From: Eledone cirrhosa
Lineage: Eukaryota
NCBI GenBank assembly: GCA_964016885.1
Contig: OZ024752.1
Span: forward strand, 44,330,001-44,394,000
Direction of reading: 5' to 3'
Length of the DNA: 64,000 nucleotides
Shown here: positions 53,020 to 64,000 of the stretch, piece by piece
Layout: each line of letters opens with the position of its first letter
How positions within the stretch are numbered: the stretch's first letter is position 1
Made by a program: the position numbers and the translations under genes
Notes under the pieces: model-generated
What the model was told of the DNA's origin: nothing
Database searches by the model: none
The model's input: the letters and a program-made list of their open reading frames with translations, nothing else

Positions 53020-54470
53020 CTACCAGTGTATATATACATCTATCCTCTAGGTACTACCAGTATATAGACAAGTCTATCCTCTATGTACTACCAGTATATA
53101 GACAAGTCTATCCTCTATGTACTACCAGTATATAGACAAGTCTATCCTCTATGTACTACCAGTATATAGACAAGTCTATCCTCTATGTACTACCAGTATA
53201 TAGACAAGTCTATCCTCTATGTACTACCAGTATATAGACAAGTCTATCCTCTATGTACTACCAGTATATAGACAAGTCTATCCTCTATATACTACCAATA
53301 TATAGACAAGTCTATCCTCGATGTACTACCAGTATATAGACAAGTCTATCCTCTATGTACTACCAGTATATAGACAAGTCTATCCTCGATGTACTACCAG
53401 TATATAGACAAGTCTATCCTCTATATACTACCAATATATAGACAAGTCTATCCTCGATGTACTACCAGTATATAGACAAGTCTATCCTCTATGTACTACC
53501 AATATATAGACAAGTCTATCCTCTATGTACTACCAATATATAGACAAGTCTATCCTCTATGTACTACCAGTATATAGACAAGTCTATCCTCTATGTACTA
53601 CCAATATATAGACAAGTCTATCCTCTATGTACTACCAATATATAGACAAGTCTATCCTCTATGTACTACCAGTATATAGACAAGTCTATCCTCTATGTAC
53701 TACCAGTATATAGACAAGTCTATCCTCTATGTACTACCAATATATAGACAAGTCTATCCTCTATGTACTACCAATATATAGACAAGTCTATCCTCTATGT
53801 ACTACCAATATATAGACAAGTCTATCCTCTATGTACTACCAGTATATAGACAAGTCTATCCTCTATGTACTACCAATATATAGACAAGTCTATCCTCTAT
53901 GTACTACCAATATATAGACAAGTCTATCCTCTATGTACTACCAGTATATAGACAAGTCTATCCTCTATGTACTACCAGTATATAGACAAGTCTATCCTCT
54001 ATGTACTACCAATATATAGACAAGTCTATCCTCTATGTACTACCAATATATAGACAAGTCTATCCTCTATGTACTACCAATATATAGACAAGTCTATCCT
54101 CTATGTACTACCAATATATAGACAAGTCTATCCTCTATGTACTACCAATATATAGACAAGTCTATCCTCTATGTACTACCAGTATATAGACAAGTCTATC
54201 CTCTATGTACTACCAATATATAGACAAGTCTATCCTCTATGTACTACCAGTATATAGACAAGTCTATCCTCTATGTACTACCAATATATAGACAAGTCTA
54301 TCCTCTATGTACTACCAGTATATAGACAAGTCTATCCTCTATGTACTACCAATATATAGACAAGTCTATCCTCTATGTACTACCAATATATAGACAAGTC
54401 TATCCTCTATGTACTACCAGTATATAGACAAGTCTATCCTCTATGTACTACCAGTATATAGACATCTATC
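53020..54470. repeat. 34-bp minisatellite, about 42 copies, with an internal palindrome
   Basis: Unit tactacca(g/a)tatatagacaagtctatcctctatg, containing atagac-aa-gtctat. Confidence 0.97.
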
Positions 54471-54656
54471 TTCAATGTGTTGCCAGTCTGTAGAAGTCAT
54501 ATCTTTTAATCTGTGACCCCGCTTGATAATTTTCTTTCCTGTCTTTATCAGTGCTTCAAATCATTGGTGTAAATCTGGCAATACTGTGTTAGTGATATTC
54601 CAGTTAAAACATACGACTATATTATTAGAGAATTGGATTTTTGCTATCAAAATGGT

Positions 54657-54918
54657 TTAACCCTTTACTGTTCACATTACTCTATATATACTATTATGTT
54701 TCCACAGTAAAGGCTTTACCTCACATAACATTTACATTACTCTATATATAGTATTGTATTTTCACAGTAAAGGCATTATTTCACATAATATCGAATCTAT
54801 GAGATTTTGAAGTTATTTACTTTGTGAACAATACCTTAAAATCAGTATGAGTGGCCAGTTACGGCCAGTTTAAAAAGAAAAAGGCTGGATATGGCCGGTT
54901 TAAATGTTAAAGGGTTAA
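54657..54918 (-). mobile_element. piggyBac-type MITE with an internal duplication of about 60 bp
   Basis: TTAA|ccctttactg ... taaatgttaaaggg|TTAA. The segment acattactctatatata...cacagtaaaggc...tcacataa is present twice. Confidence 0.82.
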
Positions 54919-55393
54919 ATATAATGAGGTCTTGAAGAAATGGAACTTTTAAGAAATCTTTGAAACTGCAAGGAATGTCGAACCTCCTGTTAAAAGTTTC
55001 TGCTGTCAGATTAGATAAGAAAGGAGAACCAACAAGTGCCATAACTATATAGTAATACTAATGTCAGATTGTACCTGAATCAGTCAAGGTGTCATATTGC
55101 AGATAAGAGAGTGTTAATGATTTATATTTAATTGGAGAAAACACGCATACATACATGTACCTGAACACGTGTGTATATACACAGTTAATATCTGACACTA
55201 TACATACATGTACCTGAACACATGTATATACACACACAGTTAATATCTGACACTATACTTCATGTTTAATTCTCAGGTAATAATTCTTTCTAAAATTGAC
55301 ATAAGGCCAACTCTTTAGGGGGGAAAGTAAAGTTGATTATATCAACTGCAGTACTTAACTGTTTCTTGATGGGGCCCAGTATTGAGTACCTTA

Positions 55394-55431
<38 letters not shown>

Positions 55432-55435
<4 letters not shown>

Positions 55436-55614
55436 TATTTGGGGAGGGTCATATTGTTATAATATTGCCAGAAATATTTAATAAAACTTACTGTTTTCAC
55501 TTACAGAGTGTTTTATTCTATATTTCTGGCAATATTATAACAATACGACCCTCCCCAAATATAACAATATTTGTTTCAACATATGGTTTCATATCAAAAA
55601 CCTTGCAAAACAAA

Positions 55615-55617
<3 letters not shown>
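55432..55617 (+). mobile_element. Fold-back plus tail element in (TA)n, family E
   Basis: 46-bp arms at 55432-55477 and 55520-55565 (1 mismatch, with imperfect pairing continuing inward) and a 52-bp tail. (TA)n on both sides. Confidence 0.78.
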
Positions 55618-55659
<42 letters not shown>

Positions 55660-57140
55660 AATATTATTGATTTTATTGTGATGTATGTGAAACTGTGACA
55701 TAAAAGTGTTTCTTGTAAACTCTCCTTTACAAACCATTAATTGCCATGTTTAAGCTTCTCAGTAGGAGGTTTGTTGATACTAAGACCTTTTAAAACTGAA
55801 ATATGAGCCTTCCTTCTATTTACTGAAGTTAAACCTGAAATAGCCACACACTCCCAGTGAAGCTAATAAGAAACTTTATTGTTACACAGCTTGACATGTT
55901 AGTTCCTTTGTGTTATGAAATACAAACATAAACACCCTCCTGGTAGTTAAACAAGTTTGTGGAGGAAGAATAAATATATCTGAAGTGTATAATAAAAAAG
56001 CTTTTCTCACCAAAGCACAACAATCACCTTTTTTTCAAACAAATTCTTAATACTTAAAAATATGGATGGTAACATTAGAACTAAAGTATAGGAATGAATA
56101 CAGGAAGATCTTTTACTTCAAAACTAACGGGGAATTTATCACCTTTTTGTCAACACTTCTATACTGGCATGGGCTGGATGAGACTATTTGAGGCAATGTC
56201 TTTCCTAATATCAACCCTTTTAGTTGCTTCTTATGACAGGGATATAGTATATCTATTCTAAAACCCTTAATGCAAGGAGTTCTTAACATAGTTTTTTATT
56301 GACCAAAGAAAAACAAATTTTATATTATGTACTGATAAAGCCTTACACCATTTTTGCTCATTATCTCTCTCTAATTATTGCAGTTTTCTCAGAAATAAAT
56401 TCTTCTTAACATATTTAACACTGTCTAAAGTACAGAAACATTTGTCTTAAATGATTCCTTCCTTTATAATCGCCTGTTGCTGTCTTATAGTTTCTTATCA
56501 CACAACATATATGAAACTATTAGTAACTCTAGTTTTTAATTGTCTCTTTTAAAAAACTTTTTCTTAGCTGTAACTCACCAATAAAATGTAAGGTATATTT
56601 ATTATCAAAGAAAATATCCATCATAAAGAGAGCTCCTTCATATTCCAATAAATGCATATTTCTCTGATATTTGAACAACTACAAACATTTATATATATTT
56701 ATTTAATGGTTATTCCTATTCCAATCCCATTCTTTCAGCAATACTGTGAGAACATTGCTATTGAGGCAAGTTGTAGCAACAGCAATGCCAGTGCTACCAA
56801 TTATTACAGTCTAGAATTGTTGCATTGATTTTTATCTCAAGTCCATCTTACCACCTCCCATCTAGCTGTATCTTTCGTTTTTCTTTAGTTGTGAAGTAAA
56901 TGAAAATTCAGGATAAGCTTATTTAAATAATATCCAATATCCTCAACTAATATAATTCATGTAGGCTTAGCAGATCTTAAGAAAATTCTTAATAAAAACT
57001 GTTTATATTTCTGTCAGTTGATTAATACTCTCTATAAATTAACAGATTGTTTCAAGAAATTCTAGAAATATATCAACAGATGACTTGTTTTATAGAATAA
57101 AGAGAAAATATTCCTATTTCATATTGTAAAATATTACATT

Positions 57141-57298
57141 TTAACCCTTTAGTATTTAAACCCTTTAGTATCTGGCCAGATTTCTCTCACCTCTCTCTGT
57201 TAGAACCGGCTGTAACTGGCCACTCATACTTATAAGGTATTGTTCTCAAAATAAATGATATCAAAATCTCAGACTCAATATTGTGTGAGGTAAAGACA
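57141..57298 (+). mobile_element. piggyBac-type MITE, right end truncated at (TA)n
   Basis: TTAA|ccctttagtattta followed by the family body. Confidence 0.7.
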
Positions 57299-58089
57299 TA
57301 TATATATATATATATGATGATCATAATAATTGTCATTTATCTGTTTTCTCTGCAAGGGTTGTCTATAGTTTGTGGATCTCCTTTAGTACAGCTCCATTTT
57401 ACCTCTGTCAGAACCTCACATACCAACACATCTCCCTGTATTCTCACTGTTTAAGCATGCAATAGAGTGAAGGGAAGTAAGAAATCAATATATTTCATAG
57501 AAACCCTGGGTTTGTTGTGTCCAGGAAGACCTGAAGTAGCAGAGAAGGAATGGTAAGACTGTAATTTAGATAAAAACCCAAAAGTGTGAGCTACAAACTT
57601 GGTTGTAGTAGTTGAAAGCTGGGATATATTTCTACATAGCTACATCTCTAGATTGATAAAAGGGAAAGAGAAGGGCTGTAGTGAAATAGGGGTCAGTTAG
57701 CTGTCTATATAGCCAGGAGACAAAAGTATGCTGAATCATTACTAAGCTCCTTAGGATGGGAGAATTAAACATTATGCCAGCAGAGGAAAGTTTTTTTTTT
57801 TCCTTTTCTGCATCACAGATTGTCTGAGGGGACCAACAAAACCATTAACTCCTACTTTATATAATAACAGACGAAGACAGGATGACTGCCTGCCTGCTAC
57901 TAAATCGATGAGAAAAAGATATTATGTTGCCTTATCAATCCTAATATTTATTCATACTGTGGGAGAGAAGGGGGGGGGGGATACAGGATGCTGGCACTGC
58001 AATATTCCATCTACAACTTTTTTAAAGCTGAAATAAATATATGCAAAAACACAGCCTGTGCCCAGGAGAAATATATATATATATGTATA

Positions 58090-58228
58090 TATCATCATCA
58101 TTTAACGTCTTTCACGCTAGCATGGGTTAGACAGGTTTGTCCCATTTAGAGGCAAGTTGGGTCGGATGACCATGTCTAGCTCATATAGAACTGTTTCTGG
58201 CTGGTTTTCTACGGCGGATGATTATATA

Positions 58229-58272
<44 letters not shown>

Positions 58273-58445
58273 CGTCATTTTAACATTTTAACATCTGCTT
58301 TCACTGCTAGCAAGGTTGGACGGGTCTCAAGTCAGTACTGAAGTAGGGCTACTGACCTCCCAGAAAGGCTAGGAGTCTGTTCATCTCACAGTCTCCTGTT
58401 GTACCAAGTGCACAGGAGAGGTTGTCATGTCTTTGACACAACAAA
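58090..58445 (-). mobile_element. Two SINE fragments, (CAT)n-tail family, separated by (TA)n
   Basis: catcatttaacgtc...gctagcatgggttagacagg...tttctacggcggatg and gctagcaaggttggacggg...aagtcagtactgaagtagggctactgacctccc. Confidence 0.65.
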
Positions 58446-58749
58446 AGTTAGCCCCAGGTAAAAGTAAATTAAGAACATTTTGTGTTTACTTGAGAAATTC
58501 CACAACTCTTATGCCAAAATTCCACTCATCATTACTCATTCTAAGACCTTTTTATTAAACTAGGTTCAATAACGAATGAACAAACTTGGCACATGTCACA
58601 GGTGTTAGAATTTAGCATAGAACACATTGAGACATTAACTTGTATATAATATTTGTTTATAAAGTTTGTGTTCTTTTGTTTGTCTGAGCCATAACAGCTG
58701 TGGCCATACTGGAGCATTATATATATATATATGTGCGTGTGTGTGTGTA

Positions 58750-58905
58750 TAGTTCAAGGAAATGACAACACAGAGGTACAAAGTCTTATTAGTTTCACTC
58801 TTTATATAACAAAGGGGAAAGAAAGTTTGACGTGTCGGGTTTTAGTCCTTCGTCAGAAGTACAAAATAGAGACAGGATGACAAAGGATAGAGAAAATAAA
58901 AGGTA
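58750..58905 (-). mobile_element. Penelope-like pLTR remnant with a decayed hammerhead motif
   Basis: The minus strand at 58825-58860 reads actt CTGACGA a ggactaaaaccc GAcA cg TC aaac. The terminus atagttcaagga...cagaggtaca abuts a (TG)/(TA) tract and recurs alone at about 28697-28728. Confidence 0.55.
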
Positions 58906-60260
58906 GTCAGTAGTAAAACAATACTATTACACAGACCACCAGTGGTCCAGCAAGTTCATTAGTCTCACACCACAAGTGGTCAACAGGAATATTTGATATA
59001 CTAGAACACAGGCATTTATAAATGACCCCACCTGTAAGGTGGTAGTACTGGTGCCAGGACGGTACCCAGTACATGGTGTAAGGTGGTAGTACTGGTGCCA
59101 TGATGGTACCCAGTACATGGTGTAAGGTGGGGCCTGGGCCAATTTAACCGCCATTAAATCCAGCCCTGGGTGCAGTCATATTGCTTGTTTAAAGAGTTCC
59201 TTCCTACATCATTAGTACAGGACGTTAAGAAAGTTCTTTAGTAACAAATGGTTTAACAAATAAATAAATAAAAGATCGATTTCCATCTCCAATTTATTCT
59301 GATCTGTTTATCTTGAAGTCCGATAGTAATTTGCTAGGAAACTAATTCCAATTATACAAGAAATATATTAAAATATATTATAAATGATCTCTCTCTCCCT
59401 CTCTCTCCTATCAGTGACCAAAAATATATTAAAAATGATATCTATCTTTCTGTCCTATCTATACAAGAAATATATTATAAACGCTCTCTCTATCTATCTA
59501 TATATATCTCTGTCAGTGACAAAACTTGGTGAGAGGTCCAACAGCAAGGTTGTTACCAAACCTCTGGTGTATCTGAAACCTTTAAGAGACATTGTTGGCT
59601 GTGTACAACATTAAGTTCGCTGTGGGCGGCCAATAAAAGCCATTTCCTCAGCCAGGATAGCTTCACTGACACTAGCAATATAGTTTGACTGTATTAAGTT
59701 ACATCTAAAGTAAAACTCTGACCAGATATAACAAACAGTATTTGATGAAATTGGACTTCCAATTGGAATGTACTAGATTCCGATGTTGCCGGTACTAGGT
59801 TGATTATTGGCATGGATCAATATAATAAAAATAAAAAAACTATTTATATACCATATATGCCCCCAGACATGATTACATTATCATTAATCGAATTACGTTT
59901 ATTCATTGATTGGAAAATATCATAGAAAGACGATTGGTATTGAAAATATTCAACATTGGATTCAAGAAACACAATATTATTATTATTATTATATTTAATC
60001 CTTCGGGAAAGGAGAAACACGGTCGAAATTAAATTGTTCCGCCTTTTACACACATTAGCTGTTGTTAGAGCAGGTCTTCACTAAACAATGTCATTGATAA
60101 ATATTATGTCTTTGTTAGGTTAGCGGGAGGGGACACCTGTCTCACACGGTTGACCGCATTTTAAATATTTGAGGTCTCTCAATAACTTCTGGGATGATGA
60201 TATTAAAAAATCTAAATAAATAATTATGTGCACCAGAACAACCCAATGACGGTTTGTTGT

Positions 60261-61088
60261 TGTTTTGTCAACGGAGAGTACCTTACAGGGGCAGGGTGAG
60301 GATGTTTTGTCAACGGAGAGTACCTTACAGGGGCAGGGTGAGGATGCTTTGTCAACGGAGAGTACCTTACAGGGGCAGGGTGAGGATGTTTTGTCAACGG
60401 AGAGTACCTTACAGGGACAGGGTGAGGATGTTTTGTCAACGGAGAGTACCTTACAGGGGCAGGGTTAGGATGCTTTGTCAACGGAGAGTACCTTACAGGG
60501 ACAAGGTGAGGATGTTTTGTCAACGGAGAGTACCTTACAGGGGCAGGGTGAGGATGTTTTGTCAACGGAGAGTACCTTGCAGGGTGAGGATGTTTTGTCA
60601 ACGGAGAGTACCTTACTGGGGCAGGGTGAGGATGTTTTGTCAACGGAGAGTACCTTACAGGGACAAGGTGAGGATGTTTTGTCAACGGAGAGTACCTTAC
60701 AGGGGCAGGGTGAGGATGTTTTGTCAACGGAGAGTACCTTGCAGGGTGAGGATGTTTTGTCAATGGAGAGTACCTTACTGGGGCAGGGTGAGGATGTTTT
60801 GTCAACGGAGAGTACCTTACTGGGGCAGGGTGAGGATGTTTTGTCAACGGAGAGTACCTTACAGGGACAAGGTGAGGATGTTTTGTCAACGGAGAGTACC
60901 TTACAGGGGCAGGGTGAGGATGTTTTGTCAACGGAGAGTACCTTGCAGGGTGAGGATGTTTTGTCAACGGAGAGTACCTTACTGGGGCAGGGTGAGGATG
61001 TTTTGTCAACGGAGAGTACCTTACAGGGGCAGGGTGAGGATGTTTTGTCAACGGAGAGTACCTTACAGGGGCAGGGTGAGGATGTTTT
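60261..61088. repeat. 42-bp minisatellite, about 20 copies, with a 36-bp deletion variant
   Basis: Unit tgttttgtcaacggagagtaccttacaggggcagggtgagga. Confidence 0.97.
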
Positions 61089-61512
61089 GATATTTTAGTT
61101 ATTATAGGATTTTTAATAAACTTCTTAAACTGGGAAATTATTTGAGAGATTTTTTACGAACAGCGACAAAACAGGTAGAAAAGTTTCTAAAGTATAAAAA
61201 ATATGTATCGGTAGGTTATAGGAGACTAAGGGTCTTATATAAACACCCTGGTCAACTGATCAAGGGTCAAATATAAACTCCCTGGTCAAAAGGTGTCAAC
61301 AGTGTAGCAGTAGTCTTATATACAAATATTACCTATTATTGTTGACATATATTTTAATGTTCCAAACACATTAACTCAGTGAGGCTGTCTGTAGAGTTTC
61401 TATACATACACTCACACACACACACATACATTGACACTCACACACACTGACACGCATACATACACACTCATACACATACATACTCACATACAGACTCTCA
61501 CACACTCACAGG

Positions 61513-61611
61513 CAGAGGATGTCCCCCAAAAATATATAAAGACTTTGAATACCTGTACAGGCAATATTTATTAGAATGCTGTTGAAGTGTGTATACATAT
61601 TTGGGGACACC

Positions 61612-61614
<3 letters not shown>
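61513..61614. mobile_element. Possible mariner-type MITE remnant
   Basis: Inverted termini ggatgtcccccaaaaatat ... atatttggggacaccc resemble CAGGGTGTCCCAAAA-type mariner ends. Confidence 0.45.
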
Positions 61615-61679
<65 letters not shown>

Positions 61680-61807
61680 ATGTGTGTGTGTAAAGTGTGT
61701 ACAGTTATTTAAACCTTTATCTTTTGGTTGTCGTTAGATCCTTAACTCCATAGCGAGGAGACTGCTGAGCTTTCAAACGGCTTACATGTACAATTCCAAT
61801 ACTATAC

Positions 61808-61878
<71 letters not shown>

Positions 61879-62838
61879 CATATATATATATATATATGTG
61901 TGTAGATATCGATAAATATATCGATACACATACAAACTATTTAAGTATGTGCATATCTGTATATGTACATGCACGTATGCACAAATAGACATGCACATGC
62001 AGTTATGTATATGCACTTATAGATATGTACGTGCAGATATGCACCTATAAGTATGTACATGTAGATATGTACATGCACGTATGTACATGTAGATATGTAC
62101 ATGTAGATATGTACATGTAGATATGTACATGTAGATAGGCCAACATTGCTGTATCTAAAGCAATGTATCTGAGATCAAACAATTGAAATATTGGTTTCTG
62201 AAATAAAAATTCATAGCAACATTCGATATTTTCCGATAATTTCCTCAAATCCACATGAAAACTAAGGATTGGATTTAATATTAAAGATTTTTCTAAAACA
62301 ATTCAATTTCTTTCTTCTTCTCTATTTCTATTTCGGGATCTTTTCTCATAAAAGGAAAGACCAGTTGCAGGAATCGATTATATATAAATGTAGATAACTG
62401 GAAAATATCAATAATGTGATTTCCTCTGAGTAGATAGCTGTCAGAACCGATCTTAGGATCCAACACATGTTTACTTTCTATCGAATATTAAACCATTTTA
62501 AAAATTGATCTGTCCTGATGATGTTCCATTAAAAACATTTAAAAAAAATTATTTGATTATATATACCATAAATAAGTGTGTATATATATATATATATATC
62601 AAATAATGAAAAAAGTAGGCGTGGGAAAGAGTGTATATATATATATATATATAATTTGCACTATATATATATATATATATATTGTTTTCTAACATAAACG
62701 AGCTAAATAGATCATAGCGTTAGGAATGGGTTGATTTAAAGAACTGGACTAGAAATAAAGTGGTTAAAAATGTATACACACTTCAACAATAAGGAATGTG
62801 ACATAATGAAGGAATTATTAAGAGAAAACTCCAGTTAC

Positions 62839-63024
62839 CTGCATAACACCTGAATCCAAAACACTATAAACCTTGTACAAGTATTTGTAATTTTATAAGA
62901 ATTCCTTTTCTTCGTTTGAAAATAATTAAAGAAAGTAAAAAGAAACCAGGACGGATATTATTTGTGTTGTTAAAAGTCCAGGTGAGAAGTGGATTTATTC
63001 GTCGAAAGATTTGGTGAATTTCTT
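62839..63024 (-). other. Candidate non-coding exon on the minus strand
   Basis: Acceptor atttacag| and donor cag|gtaact bracket 186 nt of non-repetitive sequence. Confidence 0.3.
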
Positions 63025-63181
63025 CTGTAAATCATATATTTACATGTTAACAACACATGTACAGACTACGGTATAGCAACTGGGTATGTGGTCCTATATA
63101 TATATATATATATATGCGTGTGCGTATTTGGTCCTGTGTATATATATATGTGTGTGTGTGTGTGTGTATTTGATCCTGTGT

Positions 63182-63219
<38 letters not shown>

Positions 63220-63270
63220 ATTTGGTCCTGTATATATATATATATGTATTTGATCGTGTATATGTGTATG

Positions 63271-63339
<69 letters not shown>

Positions 63340-63352
63340 AAATGTGTATGTT

Positions 63353-63385
<33 letters not shown>

Positions 63386-63414
63386 TTATATATATATATG
63401 TATGTGTGTATATA

Positions 63415-63690
63415 GATAGAACGGTGTGGCCTGGTAGTAGTTTCTACTGGTCAGAGAAGACGAAGGAAAGAGAGAGAAACTGTGAGACTAGAACAACATT
63501 GTTGTAAATAGTGGCTGAATATTCCGTATAGAAGTTATGTTGTTTTACGTGAGAGAAGAGAGAAACTGTTTTGTTCTCCTCAACTCGGCCGATTCCAGTG
63601 AACGACGTTTCTCCTTCCTCAATACTGGGGAGGACAGCGAGGGGATGAGTTGTATAGAGGAGGAGGAGAACTAGAAAGTGCGCGCAAGTA
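63415..63690 (-). promoter_or_regulatory. Possible promoter or first-exon region
   Basis: Locally GC- and CpG-enriched unique sequence (ctcggccgattcc, gtgcgcgc) between microsatellites, upstream of the minus-strand exon candidates. Composition is the only evidence. Confidence 0.25.
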
Positions 63691-63693
63691 AAA

Positions 63694-63724
<31 letters not shown>

Positions 63725-64000
63725 CAGGAGGAGGAAGAGAGGGAGGAAGAGTGTGTGAGAGAGGATAGGAGGCGGAAGAGTGTGTGTGTGTGTGAGAGAG
63801 AGAGATAGGAGGCGGAAGAGTGTGTGTGTGAGAGAGAGAGATAGGAGGAGGAAGAGAGTGTGTGTGTGTGTGTGAGAGAGAGATAGGAGGAGGAAGAGAG
63901 TGTGTGTGTGTGAGAAAGAGAGAGATAGGAGGAAAGAGTAAAGAACGTTAGAGAGAGAGGAAGAGAGTGTGTGTGAGAGAAAGAGAGAGAGAGGGATAGG
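63694..64000. repeat. (GT)n(GA)n-GGA compound repeat
   Basis: Directly visible. Confidence 0.9.

Noticed and set aside
53020-54470. CRISPR-like array of palindromic 34-bp repeats
   Set aside because: The units are head-to-tail with no unique spacers, there are no cas genes, and the context is eukaryotic.
60224-61098. 207-278 aa repetitive ORFs on both strands
   Set aside because: They arise from a 42/36-bp minisatellite that is open in several frames. No frame shows a codon-position bias in the variants.

Overview
This is AT-rich, microsatellite-saturated animal genomic DNA, not prokaryotic. The SINE, RTE and MITE families look like those of an octopod cephalopod (inference). Supported coding content: one intact minus-strand BTB/POZ-BACK ORF in a single coding exon (46294-47295), and a probable plus-strand coding exon (2170-2282) with a phase-compatible terminal exon (14208-14238). 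The rest is repeats: a 5'-truncated CR1/L2-type LINE, a decayed RTE fragment, two ORF-less RTE-derived elements in tandem, tRNA-derived SINEs, TTAA- and TA-flanked MITEs, and many mini- and microsatellites. The most notable signal is a recurring architecture seen six times in five unrelated sequence families: (TA)n, a 40-148 bp fold-back inverted repeat, an unpaired 50-90 bp tail, then (TA)n. Minimal type I hammerhead ribozyme motifs also occur in short (TA)n/(TG)n-flanked inserts, one of them inside the largest fold-back: one intact (30632-30684), one with a U3-A8 compensatory core (45654-45691 and its mirror), and two or three decayed. Together these point to miniature Penelope-like retroelement pLTR insertions in TA microsatellites. 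Nearly all long ORFs in the track are translations of simple repeats.
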